DNA of 64,000 nucleotides from Nanobdellati archaeon (lineage in GTDB: Archaea > EX4484-52 > WAPT01), in the NCBI GenBank assembly GCA_027038505.1, contig JALVWC010000013.1:55795-119794 (forward strand). Direction: 5' to 3'. The position numbers were made by a program, and so were the translations under genes. Every line of letters starts with the position of its first letter. Positions within the stretch are counted from its first letter, which is position 1. The notes beneath the pieces were generated by a model. It made no database searches, was not told where the DNA came from, and saw only the letters and a program-made list of their open reading frames with translations. Of this stretch, positions 39,379-48,499 are shown piece by piece.

Positions 39379-39879
39379 CTATTCGTAAATCTCGAGGCTT
39401 TCCTGTCCGCTTTTTTTTATTTTCTGACCGTCCCACCTCTCCTCCAGCTTCTTAAAAACAACATTTCTGAACGGTATGAACTCGTTGACCCAGAACTCGT
39501 ATATCTCCCTTATTCCCCTGCAAAGCTCCTCCTCGTCAAGCGTTGTTGAGATGCGATGAAGCATCCACATCTTGCTCTGCAGCTTGAACCACATTCTTTT
39601 GAGAGCCTCTCTCTCATCCACGGTGAGCATCTTGTACTCGTAGCTCGATCCGAGCCTCATGCCTGAGATGAGGCTTTCGAGCAGTGCAAGCATGGTGTTG
39701 ACGGTTTGGGCCATGCACTGTGCTATCTCATAGAAGATGAACTTCGCGGGTCTGCTCAGGTTTGAGACATCGAAGAGAACCGCGATCTCTTCAAAGGGCG
39801 GCAGTCCGTAAAGGTCACGCCTGGAGTCGTAGAATTCCTTCGCAGCCTCAAAGCCGTTTTTGGAAGAGTCGCTTTTCAT
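39379..39879 (-). CDS. hypothetical protein (166 aa), no recognisable domain
   Basis: ORF only. Convergent with the nucleotidyltransferase gene. Confidence 0.35.
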   Translation of the reverse strand: MKSDSSKNGFEAAKEFYDSRRDLYGLPPFEEIAVLFDVSNLSRPAKFIFYEIAQCMAQTVNTMLALLESLISGMRLGSSYEYKMLTVDEREALKRMWFKLQSKMWMLHRISTTLDEEELCRGIREIYEFWVNEFIPFRNVVFKKLEERWDGQKIKKSGQESLEIYE

Positions 39880-39987
39880 GGTGATAGGAAGCTGAACGAA
39901 AGTTTAAAACCGTTAGCTTATGTTGATGTATCGAGAGATTAGCAATTTTACAGTGTTGTTTCGATCAGGCTGGCAAAGGTGGAAACA

Positions 39988-40499
39988 TCAAAACTCCCTC
40001 ATCATAATTACCTGAGCTATCAGCGTGCCATCGTTCCACCGAATGGCATTCGGAACGCGTGCAACCTCCTTAAAGCCAAGCGTTTCATAGAACCTCCTTG
40101 CGATGTGATTGTTCTCGAAAACCGATAGAATGATGTATTTTACCTCATTCTTCCAAACTCTTTCGCACGTGCGTAACACTCGTGGAACAGCAACTTGCCG
40201 ATACCTTTGCCTCTGTAGTCTTTGCTCACAGCTATGCCGAACTCCGCAAGATGATTCTCCCTTCCCTCATTTCTCTCAAGCCTGGCCGTGCCGACAATCT
40301 TTCCGTCGGCCTCCGCAACAACAAAAACAAGCCTGTTTTCTCCCATCTTTTCGAGCTGCTCCTTGAGCTACCTTTTCTCCTTCTCTAACGTGATCTTTCT
40401 GTTACAGATTATGTACGTCCTCTCTTCCACGAGCTCGTTAAAGTAAGAAAGGAGCGCTTCGGCATCTTCCATTTCCGGCCCGCGTATCAAAACGTCCAT
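39988..40499 (-). pseudogene. GNAT N-acetyltransferase disrupted by an in-frame TAG and a 1-nt frameshift
   Basis: From ATG 40499: MDVLIRGPEMEDAEALLSYFNELVEERTYIICNRKITLEKEKR-TAG(40368-40370)-LKEQLEKMGENRLVFVVAEADGKIVG...YRGKGIGKLLFHECYARAKEFG. The frame is then lost in an A-run near 40160. The downstream frame continues KYIILSVFENNHIARRFYETLGFKEV, the GNAT motif B region. The ORF track shows two fragments (40140..40346 and 39988..40179). Confidence 0.6.
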
Positions 40500-40595
40500 A
40501 ATGGATTACGCGGCTGGGAAACTTTTTAAATTCTAACCGCTCCAGAGAACAGTAGAAGCGCTTACACATGACGATAATGATGTCCGTGGTGCTGA

Positions 40596-40669
40596 GCGCC
40601 GGTGGTCTAGTGGTATGATAGCGGCCCCCCAAGCCGCTGACCCGGGTTCGATTCCCGGCCGGCGCACCA
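40596..40669 (+). tRNA. tRNA-Gly (anticodon CCC) with C instead of U at position 33, CCA encoded
   Basis: GCGCCGG-TG-GTCT-AGTGGTA-TGAT-A-GCGGC-CCCCCAA-GCCGC-TGAC-CCGGG-TTCGATT-CCCGG-CCGGCGC-A-CCA. The anticodon loop CCCCCAA has C at position 33 instead of the near-universal U. Confidence 0.75.
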
Positions 40670-40792
40670 CAGGATCCCGAACTCAAGTAAGGATGTTTCT
40701 CCGGAGGAAGCACCGCTTGGCATTCCGGCAGGTACACGCTCATAGAAGCCGGATTACAAATTGTTATAAATTTTGTAGTCCCACATCCACTC

Positions 40793-41893
40793 ATGAACTT
40801 TGTTCGGTTTTGCAAGTTTTTCGTGAGAGAGTGGTTGTTGTCGCTTTACGCCCTGCTCTTTCTTTTGCTTATGATCTTCTATCACCCTTCCATCAGGACA
40901 CTTTTTTCCGTGCTCGATGTCCGCGCGTGCCTGTCAATCTTCGGGTTTCTTGTCGTTCTTCAGGGACTGAGAGATACGGGATTCCTCAGGTGGCTGGCGA
41001 ACAGGATCGCGGAGCGTTCCAGCAATGCGAGGCAGTTCGCTCTCGCCATGGTGGCCGGCACCGCGTTTCTTGCAGTTTTTGTCACCAACGATCTGGCCCT
41101 GTTCACATTCGTGCCCATCGTCATCGCCGCCCCCGTTAGAAGAGACCTGAAGTTCCGCATGCTCGTACTTCTTGCCCTCGCCGCAAACGTTGGCGCTTTC
41201 CTGTCACCCGTTGGTAACCCACAGAAGATCCTCCTCTGGCAGGCTTCCAGCACAGATGTTCAGCACTTTTTAAAGCCGTTTATGCTACCGTTCGCCCTCC
41301 TGATAATGGGGCTGTTCTCCTATACCGCCGTGCTTGTTCCCCCGGTACCGATCAGTGTTGAGGGGAGTCCTATCGTGCTCGACAGAAACGTGGTATATGA
41401 AAACACGCTGGTCTTTTCAGGGTATCTGATGCTGCTTTTCTTGGGACTGTGGTGGATCGGCGTCTTTCTGGCGGTTTGCTATTTCATCTGGAGACATCCT
41501 GGAGTATTCAGGCGGATGGACTGGGCGTTTGTTGCCCTGATACTCTTATTGTTTATGGATTTCGGGATTTTGTCCAGATATTTCGATATTTCAAAGTTTT
41601 TCTCTGAAAAAGTTCTATCTTCCGAAAAAGGAGCATTTCTGGTGTCGGTTCTGCTAACGCAGTTCCTGTCGGATGTCGCAACCGCAATTCTTCTTGAACA
41701 CTATTCCAGCCAGTATGTGGCCATAGCGATGGGAGCAACCGTGGGTGCCCTTGGCCTCGTTATCGCGTCCGTTGCGAATATAATATCGGTTCGCCTTTCC
41801 ACCGAACGGAGAAAGTATCTGAGATTTCATAAATATTCCCTGCCGTTTTTCATCTTTGCCCTCACCGTCGTGTGGTTGACCATGAGTGTTTAA
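40793..41893 (+). CDS. ArsB/NhaD-superfamily permease-like integral membrane protein
   Basis: 366 aa polytopic. Segment MVAGTAFLAVFVTNDLALFTFVPIVIAAP resembles the S.FLDN...P region of the ArsB/NhaD ion transporter superfamily. Confidence 0.4.
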   Translation: MNFVRFCKFFVREWLLSLYALLFLLLMIFYHPSIRTLFSVLDVRACLSIFGFLVVLQGLRDTGFLRWLANRIAERSSNARQFALAMVAGTAFLAVFVTNDLALFTFVPIVIAAPVRRDLKFRMLVLLALAANVGAFLSPVGNPQKILLWQASSTDVQHFLKPFMLPFALLIMGLFSYTAVLVPPVPISVEGSPIVLDRNVVYENTLVFSGYLMLLFLGLWWIGVFLAVCYFIWRHPGVFRRMDWAFVALILLLFMDFGILSRYFDISKFFSEKVLSSEKGAFLVSVLLTQFLSDVATAILLEHYSSQYVAIAMGATVGALGLVIASVANIISVRLSTERRKYLRFHKYSLPFFIFALTVVWLTMSV

Positions 41894-42025
41894 AACCAGA
41901 TAACGACCATTTTCCCCAGAGATGGCGCTCAGAGAGGAACGGAAGACAACGTTGACACTAATAAACATTAATATATTACCTTTCCCAAAATTTATAACAG
42001 CACTTGTGGTTATCAACATGTTGAG

Positions 42026-44050
42026 ATGAAGGGAGGTGCCGGGGTAATGGATCTCAGAACAGCGCTCCGAAAAATGGGAGAAATGCAGAAGAGGATGGGA
42101 TCTGCAGCATCAAACAAGTTGAAAACGAACAAAACAAACACGGGAATTATTTCTTCCGAAAAAAGAGGAGAATCAACAGGTTCTATCGCTTCACGAAATT
42201 CGCGTGGTGGTGATAGCTATGCTCGTACTTTAAAATTCAGCGGTTTACTTTCCAGAATGGCAAAAAAGCTAAAAGAATATGAGAGAATACAGGAGGAAAA
42301 GAAAAGAAAAAGCGACATACTACCTATTTTCGCCGCTCATGTTGAGGGCGGGATGCCTTCAGCTTCAGCCGCACCTCCGGCTTCCGGCATTGCTTCACCT
42401 CAACAGGTCAGTACCAATAATACCGGAGGAGTAGGTGGTGGGTTGGTTGAAGTGGAAGGCGCTCCTGCATTTGAATCTCTGACCGAGGTCTCGGAAGAGA
42501 CGCTCGGCTTCATGAAGGAAATGTTCTATCTGACAAAGGAAGCGAGTGAGGAATCGAAAAAGGAAATAAACCTCAAATATCCCCTCGTTCCTCCCAATCC
42601 GAAGCCCAACGAACCGGTTTATGCATGGGCTCACATCCATTGGGACACAAAACTGAGGGGTCTGATCTATGAAGTACACGAACCCGAAATAACCCCTGCC
42701 GAGAGGCAGAAACTCGAGGAGATAAAGAGGATCATGGAGGACAAAATTGACATCTCTCTCGATCTCATAGGGAAGGGAGCTGCCATCAACTACCTTAAGA
42801 GGATGCTGAATAAGGTCGTGACTGCCTACGGATTCAACCTCACCCCCAGACAGAGGGATATCTTTGAGTACTACATCCTGCGGGATTTCATAGGGCTCGG
42901 TAAGATCCAGCCCTTAATGAATGACCCGAACATCGAAGATATAAGCTGCGATGGTGTAGGTATTCCGGTTTTCGTCTATCACAGGAATCCACGAATTGGC
43001 TCGCTCCGCACCAATATCGTTTTTGAAAACAACGAAGAGCTTGACGAGTTCGTGATTAAACTCGCTCAGTGGTGTGGGAGAAGCATCTCCGTTGCTGAAC
43101 CTTTGCTTGACGGTAGCCTTCCGGATGGCTCGAGAGTTCAGGCGGTGCTCAGCACTGATATCGCGAGGCGCGGATCAAACTTCACGATCCGTAAGTTCAG
43201 CAAGGAACCTCTGACCCCTGTGCACCTCATGGAATACGGTACAATCAACGCAAAAGCTCTTGCTTATCTTTGGTATGTGGTCGAGCACAACGGTTCGATG
43301 CTCGTTTCCGGTCCGACAGCATCCGGTAAAACAACGATTCTCAATTCCATCTCCCTATTCATAAAGCCGGAGGCGAAGATAGTCAGTATAGAAGACACGC
43401 CCGAACTAAGACTGCCTCACGAACACTGGGTACCCGAGGTTGCAAGGACGAGCGTATCAGGAGGCAAGATGGGGGAGGTCACCATGTTTGATCTTGTGAG
43501 GGCAGCGCTGAGGCAGAGGCCAGATTACATCATAGTCGGAGAAGTAAGGGGTGAGGAAGCTTATGTGCTGTTTCAGGGAATGGCAACCGGTCATGCCGGC
43601 CTGGCTACGATTCATGCCGACTCCTTGGAAAAGCTCATAGACAGACTTACAACTCCTCCGATCAACTTACCTCCTTCCCTGCTTGAAATTTTGGACGTTA
43701 TCATTCTTGTCAAGAGGTTCAAGTACAAGGGAGAGTTTGTGAGAAGGGTGACCAATATTTACGAGGTCAAGGGATACGATGCTGTTAATAAAAAACTAAG
43801 ATGCGTTGAGGTGTTTACATGGAACCCCCGTAATGATGAGATAGAGGTTGCGAGCAAATCTTACCTTCTTGAAAAGATGAGGGAAATAGCGGGAATGAAC
43901 GAGAAGGAGCTCGCAATCGAGCTGAGTAACAGAGAAAAGCTGCTTCAGTGGGCCAAAGAAAAGGGCATAAAGAATTACCGGGATCTCGGAAGACTCTTTG
44001 CGCAGTACTATTCGGACCCTGTCCGTGTCATGGAAATGATCGGTGAATAA
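42026..44050 (+). CDS. type II/IV secretion system ATPase (archaeal FlaI/UpsE/TadA-like) with ~170-aa low-complexity N-terminal extension
   Basis: Walker A VSGPTASGKTT. Asp box, Walker B DYIIVGEVRGEEA and His box GHAGLATIHAD. The N-terminal 170 aa are Ser/Gly/Ala-rich and predicted disordered. Confidence 0.85.
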   Translation: MKGGAGVMDLRTALRKMGEMQKRMGSAASNKLKTNKTNTGIISSEKRGESTGSIASRNSRGGDSYARTLKFSGLLSRMAKKLKEYERIQEEKKRKSDILPIFAAHVEGGMPSASAAPPASGIASPQQVSTNNTGGVGGGLVEVEGAPAFESLTEVSEETLGFMKEMFYLTKEASEESKKEINLKYPLVPPNPKPNEPVYAWAHIHWDTKLRGLIYEVHEPEITPAERQKLEEIKRIMEDKIDISLDLIGKGAAINYLKRMLNKVVTAYGFNLTPRQRDIFEYYILRDFIGLGKIQPLMNDPNIEDISCDGVGIPVFVYHRNPRIGSLRTNIVFENNEELDEFVIKLAQWCGRSISVAEPLLDGSLPDGSRVQAVLSTDIARRGSNFTIRKFSKEPLTPVHLMEYGTINAKALAYLWYVVEHNGSMLVSGPTASGKTTILNSISLFIKPEAKIVSIEDTPELRLPHEHWVPEVARTSVSGGKMGEVTMFDLVRAALRQRPDYIIVGEVRGEEAYVLFQGMATGHAGLATIHADSLEKLIDRLTTPPINLPPSLLEILDVIILVKRFKYKGEFVRRVTNIYEVKGYDAVNKKLRCVEVFTWNPRNDEIEVASKSYLLEKMREIAGMNEKELAIELSNREKLLQWAKEKGIKNYRDLGRLFAQYYSDPVRVMEMIGE

Positions 44051-44052
44051 TA

Positions 44053-44991
44053 ATGCCGATTTTTAACAAGGATTCGCGCACAAGCCAAGCACATCAAGAG
44101 GAGGACAAACATTCCACCATGGTATATTTTGCGGGGATAGCCTACAGGTTGTTCGGAGATCTAGTTAACAGATATTTTGTGGATTTCTTTCGGGATTTAC
44201 AGGTTGATCTTAGAAAAGCAATGATACCCCTCACGCTTACCGAGTATCTCTCGCTGGCTGTGGGAGCCGCAACCTTCATGTTCTTTTTTCAAACTCTGTT
44301 TCTCAGCATCCTGTTCACCTTGCTTTTTAAAAGTGTGCTTTTTGGTGTGTTTGGAGGGGTGCTTGGAGGAGTTGTGTTTTCCATCCTTACATTTATTATT
44401 CTTTACATGTACCCCACAATAATCGTTGGAGAAAGGAAAAAAAACATTGATGACACGCTCCCCTTCGCGACTCTTTACATGGCCACCATGGTAGGAACCG
44501 GAGCACCGCTTGTAAGCGTATTCAAAATGCTTTCCCGGTTTAAGGAGTACGGGGAGGTTGCGAGAGAGGCCAAAAGAATTGTGGATGCTGTGGAGATAAC
44601 AGGGGCGCCCATAACCCGGGTGCTGGAGGATGTTGCTGAGAGGACACCCTCCGAGGCATTCCGCGAACTCCTGTGGGGGATAAAGAGCACGATAACCATC
44701 GGGGGTGATCTGAGGGCATACCTTTACGAAAAAGCCCGCGGATTCGTGCAGGAATACAGAAGGAGGCTCGCTTCCTACACAAACCAGCTCATGATGTTTC
44801 TCGAGATCTACATAAATGCTGTAATAATCGGTGTGGTATTTTTTGTGATCCTCACAAGCGTGATAGGTATCCTGGGTGTTGGAGCGAGCACAATCATCTT
44901 TATCCATTACGCTCTCATATTTGTATTGCTGCCCGTGGCGACGGTGGCAACGGTGCTGTTAATAAGGGGAATACAGCCGGCTTCCGCGTGA
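44053..44991 (+). CDS. type IV pilus platform membrane protein (T2SSF domain, TadB-like)
   Basis: T2SSF-domain pattern PFATLYMATMVGTGAPLVSVFKML...ITGAPITRVLEDVAERTPSEAFRELLWGI flanked by TM helices. Confidence 0.7.
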   Translation: MPIFNKDSRTSQAHQEEDKHSTMVYFAGIAYRLFGDLVNRYFVDFFRDLQVDLRKAMIPLTLTEYLSLAVGAATFMFFFQTLFLSILFTLLFKSVLFGVFGGVLGGVVFSILTFIILYMYPTIIVGERKKNIDDTLPFATLYMATMVGTGAPLVSVFKMLSRFKEYGEVAREAKRIVDAVEITGAPITRVLEDVAERTPSEAFRELLWGIKSTITIGGDLRAYLYEKARGFVQEYRRRLASYTNQLMMFLEIYINAVIIGVVFFVILTSVIGILGVGASTIIFIHYALIFVLLPVATVATVLLIRGIQPASA

Positions 44992-45984
44992 TTGAGGGGA
45001 AAAGATATGAGTCCTGGAATTTTTCAAAGGGCGGGTGACAGGAAGAAGTCCAAACTGGAGGAGAAGAAAACACTTTACGAATACCGTTATCTTTTCATCT
45101 TGGGTTTTTTCATCATCATATTGCTGGGTGTTGTGTTCAGCCAGATAAACTACAAGCTAATGCCACTCTTCGTAATGCTCGGTATGTTCACTTGTATCTT
45201 GCCATACTTTGTTGTTGAGTACATGGAGTTTGCCAAATACAAAAAAATGGAGGATTATTTTCCCTTCTTTCTAAGAGACTTTGCGGAAGCCATAAGAAGT
45301 GGGATGACATTTCCCGCGGCGCTGAGAATGACGGCCAAGGTAGATTACGGGGCGCTTTCGGCAGAAATAAGGAGAGCTGCGGCCCAGCTTTCGTGGGGAG
45401 TGCCGTTCGTAAAGGTGCTTTACAAGATGGGACAGAGAATAAGGGGTAGCAGAATTCTGAGGCAGTGCATAGCGATAATCATCGAGACATTCAACTCGGG
45501 GGGAGACGTCGCAACCACGATGGATTCCCTTGCTGACAGCATGACCACTCTGCGTGAAATGGAAATGGAAAGGAGAGCCGCATTAAGCCAGCAGATAATC
45601 GTCATATATCTCGTGTTTTTCATTTTCCTCGGGCTTCTCATAGGAATGGATAAGTACCTACTGCAGAGGTTCATGACAACATTCCAGAGCGCATCAACAG
45701 CGACAACCGAGGTGGGTGGAATCGGAGGCTTATCCATCAGAATGGAAGATTACTGCAATTATCATATCGCTCTTCCGATATGCGTATTCGGTAAAATGTT
45801 CGGATTTAGCGGTACAGACCTTTATTTCAAGAGCATGTTTTTGATTATGGCCATAATCCAGAGCGTGTGTCAGGGAGTACTTATAGGTATCATGGTGGAG
45901 AACAACGCAAAAGCGGGATTTAAACACATAGCCATAATGCTCAGTATATCGCTCGTGGCACTCCCACTCTTCCTGGGAGGTTGA
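44992..45984 (+). CDS. type IV pilus platform membrane protein (T2SSF domain, TadC-like)
   Basis: Second T2SSF domain FPFFLRDFAEAIRSGMTFPAALRMTAK...IIETFNSGGDVATTMDSLADSM. Abuts the preceding gene. Confidence 0.7.
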   Translation: MRGKDMSPGIFQRAGDRKKSKLEEKKTLYEYRYLFILGFFIIILLGVVFSQINYKLMPLFVMLGMFTCILPYFVVEYMEFAKYKKMEDYFPFFLRDFAEAIRSGMTFPAALRMTAKVDYGALSAEIRRAAAQLSWGVPFVKVLYKMGQRIRGSRILRQCIAIIIETFNSGGDVATTMDSLADSMTTLREMEMERRAALSQQIIVIYLVFFIFLGLLIGMDKYLLQRFMTTFQSASTATTEVGGIGGLSIRMEDYCNYHIALPICVFGKMFGFSGTDLYFKSMFLIMAIIQSVCQGVLIGIMVENNAKAGFKHIAIMLSISLVALPLFLGG

Positions 45985-46724
45985 GAGACATGAAGAGAGC
46001 TCAGACCAACGTGGATTTCGCGATAAGTATTACCATTTTTATAGTGGCATTATCGTTCTATTTCTACACCGCTGCCGGAAAAATCATAGGAAGTAATGTT
46101 GCACTGAGAGAACTTAAAAGGGAAACGCAGTGCGGAGGGGCTGCAGCAATTCTTATGGGAAAGCTCATAAACCCAGATATGAGCATCAACACCAATTACT
46201 ACAACGCATTCGTGAAAGATTGCCCTCTATCCCCTCCACCCAACACCGTGGACTGGAATAAATACGAGGACTTCCTCAAATCCATACACGGGGAAAATAT
46301 TACGGCATACCTTCGTATGGATCTGTTCATTGTGAGTTCTTACCTCTCGCCACAACCAGGAAACGATAAAATAAAAGAGGGCACTATATCTTTCAACGGC
46401 ACCACTTATCCGGTTGTAATGTGGGAAGAAAACGGGGTTGTTTATGCCAACATCTCCGGTGTTGGGAATTGGATAAAAAAAGGAGACGTAATTGACATAT
46501 TTGGCGGTAAATATGTTGTGGAGGATGAATATATTGAGAAAAAAAATGTGCCGGATGAGGACAAAGGAGGGTACATCCTTCTTCGAAAAAAAGATCCTAT
46601 CAAACAGTGCGGTGCTTTACCCCCATCACCCACAGAAGAGGGACGTGTTAGTGCGATAACTTACCGCTTTTTCGCGACATATAACGGGCAAATAGTCAGG
46701 GTGGACTTTATATGCATGGATTAA
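45981..46724 (+). CDS. pilin-like / FlaF-G-like protein with N-terminal class III-type signal/anchor
   Basis: MRDMKRAQ-TNVDFAISITIFIVALSFYFY is a basic N-terminus followed by a hydrophobic helix. 247 aa. Start overlaps the previous stop. Confidence 0.45.
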   Translation: MRDMKRAQTNVDFAISITIFIVALSFYFYTAAGKIIGSNVALRELKRETQCGGAAAILMGKLINPDMSINTNYYNAFVKDCPLSPPPNTVDWNKYEDFLKSIHGENITAYLRMDLFIVSSYLSPQPGNDKIKEGTISFNGTTYPVVMWEENGVVYANISGVGNWIKKGDVIDIFGGKYVVEDEYIEKKNVPDEDKGGYILLRKKDPIKQCGALPPSPTEEGRVSAITYRFFATYNGQIVRVDFICMD

Positions 46725-48487
46725 ATGTCAGGAATTACCGAACCACGATTAAAAAGCGGATCTTCGGGAATCAAAAACGGAAGGGGTTTTTGAAAACACT
46801 CGAGGCAGTAATAGCGGGTTTAATGTTGCTGATGTACATGAATTACTTCTCCGCTGCTCCACTTAAAATCAAGGGTACAGAAGCCAGGAATTACATGACA
46901 TACTCAACATTACTCATGGCCACAACAATGTCAGACGCTCAAAATACACTATACAGCCTGGACGAGGACGCATCAGGCAGACTGCTCAGAATTCTAAGCG
47001 GGAGAGAGTCCAAAATAAAATTTTATCTTAATGGAATACCCCGCAAATACCTTTATGTGGGATTCCTTTTGCCACCAGAGGGAAAATTCAGCGTGAGTTT
47101 GAACACCATTAACCAAGTGCCATGCTCGAATACAACCAACTGCACCGCGATTACTGGAAAGTGCATAGAGTTCGATCTTGACGGGAATACCGCATACTTC
47201 GTTAATGAAAGTGTCATTGCGCTTCTCAATGAGAGTGGTCTGTGTGATCCCAATCGGCCGGACCTCATGATTTATCCTCAAATGCAATTCGAATACGGAG
47301 GGCATTACTACAAGTTCTTAAGAAAGGTCGAGACAGGATCACGAACAATAAACCTAGATTTTCTCAAAATCGATAGATATGTTGCATTTCACCGAAAATA
47401 TCCGGAACTCAGTACGGGATCGTTTTATCTAAACGGGAAGGACATACACATTTATTTTGATCCCATAACTTACCAGTTCCTGACACCAGATCTAGATGCG
47501 GTGTTAATTTTCAACCGCAGTAATGGCTTCAGTCCAGAGGAGGTTGAGGCTCTGCGGGAATTTGCAGAAAAAGAAGGAGGTATTCTGTGGGTTGCTGATG
47601 TTAATGCGAGCTTCCCGACCCTTCTGGGAGACCTTGTGGGTGTGCGATGGAATGGCAGTTATACCTATCCGGGGTCGGCAGCGCCCTCCATCTTTAATTA
47701 TTATCTGAGCAATTTATCCAACGCCAGATACATCGATGGTTATGAAGTTGTGGAATATTTCGAGCATCTCTGGATAGGGATTCCTACACACCTCCTTAAT
47801 CTCTCCGCTCCGGGAGTTAATATCTCGTGCATCGTCAGCGGGAACACAACCCGCCCGATAAGATATGGATGGCTAAATGTTTCCGGGGAACCCCACGCTT
47901 TCATAGTATTGAACGAAAGCTCGCCTGTTTACAACACACTCTATATCGCGAAACACCCCGACGATCTTGACCTGTGTGACGCTCCAAACGATTATATCAG
48001 GGTGAATGAAACCAACAATACTTTCTGGCTGAATGTGAGCATTGGGGGACAGTACTATCTAAACAACATTACCCTGCGGAAAATCCAGCCGTATAGCGGA
48101 TCACCAATCTACTTTACCTTCAACAGAACACATGTGTTCAGGGACTTGACTCCCGTGGAAGAAGGATACAATGCTATAATACCGATTAAGAACGACTCCA
48201 CAAGACTAATAGTTCATTCCCTTTATGACAGGGTTGCAGACGGTCAGTTTCCAGCACCCGTGCTGATCTTACAGGAAATAAACAACACCTACAGATCTGG
48301 ATGGATGACCGCTCAGATCAACGGAACCGATGAGGAAGAACTTTTCGCTGATGCATTGTTATGGGTGATGAGAAAACACAGCTACAAGATGCTTACGGAC
48401 AGGGGCTACCAGTACAGTTTTGTTATTCCTGTTGCTTGGATTAACGAAACAAAGTTGATTGGGTCCGCTGAAATCCGGGTGTGGTGA
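46712..48487 (+). CDS. large secreted protein with type IV prepilin-like (class III) signal peptide and ~30 N-glycosylation sequons
   Basis: N-terminus KRKG-FLKTLEAVIAGLMLLMY has G at -1, F at +1 and E at +5 as in type IV prepilins. 591 aa with many N-x-S/T sequons (NTTNCT, NESV, NRSN, NASF, NGSY, NLSN, NISC, NTTR, NVSG, NESS, NETNNTF, NVSI, NITL, NRTH, NDST, NNTY, NGTD, NETK). Confidence 0.6.
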   Translation: MHGLNVRNYRTTIKKRIFGNQKRKGFLKTLEAVIAGLMLLMYMNYFSAAPLKIKGTEARNYMTYSTLLMATTMSDAQNTLYSLDEDASGRLLRILSGRESKIKFYLNGIPRKYLYVGFLLPPEGKFSVSLNTINQVPCSNTTNCTAITGKCIEFDLDGNTAYFVNESVIALLNESGLCDPNRPDLMIYPQMQFEYGGHYYKFLRKVETGSRTINLDFLKIDRYVAFHRKYPELSTGSFYLNGKDIHIYFDPITYQFLTPDLDAVLIFNRSNGFSPEEVEALREFAEKEGGILWVADVNASFPTLLGDLVGVRWNGSYTYPGSAAPSIFNYYLSNLSNARYIDGYEVVEYFEHLWIGIPTHLLNLSAPGVNISCIVSGNTTRPIRYGWLNVSGEPHAFIVLNESSPVYNTLYIAKHPDDLDLCDAPNDYIRVNETNNTFWLNVSIGGQYYLNNITLRKIQPYSGSPIYFTFNRTHVFRDLTPVEEGYNAIIPIKNDSTRLIVHSLYDRVADGQFPAPVLILQEINNTYRSGWMTAQINGTDEEELFADALLWVMRKHSYKMLTDRGYQYSFVIPVAWINETKLIGSAEIRVW

Positions 48488-48499
48488 GGTGAAAAAACC

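Noticed and set aside
40368-40370. In-frame TAG in the GNAT gene as a pyrrolysine codon
   Set aside because: The same gene also carries a frameshift 200 nt downstream, and no Pyl machinery is visible in this window. A pseudogene or sequencing error is more parsimonious. I left it as a finding to be checked.
37272-40669. Calling the tRNA-flanked segment an integrated mobile element
   Set aside because: No integrase, transposase or terminal direct repeats were found. It is kept as an observation only.
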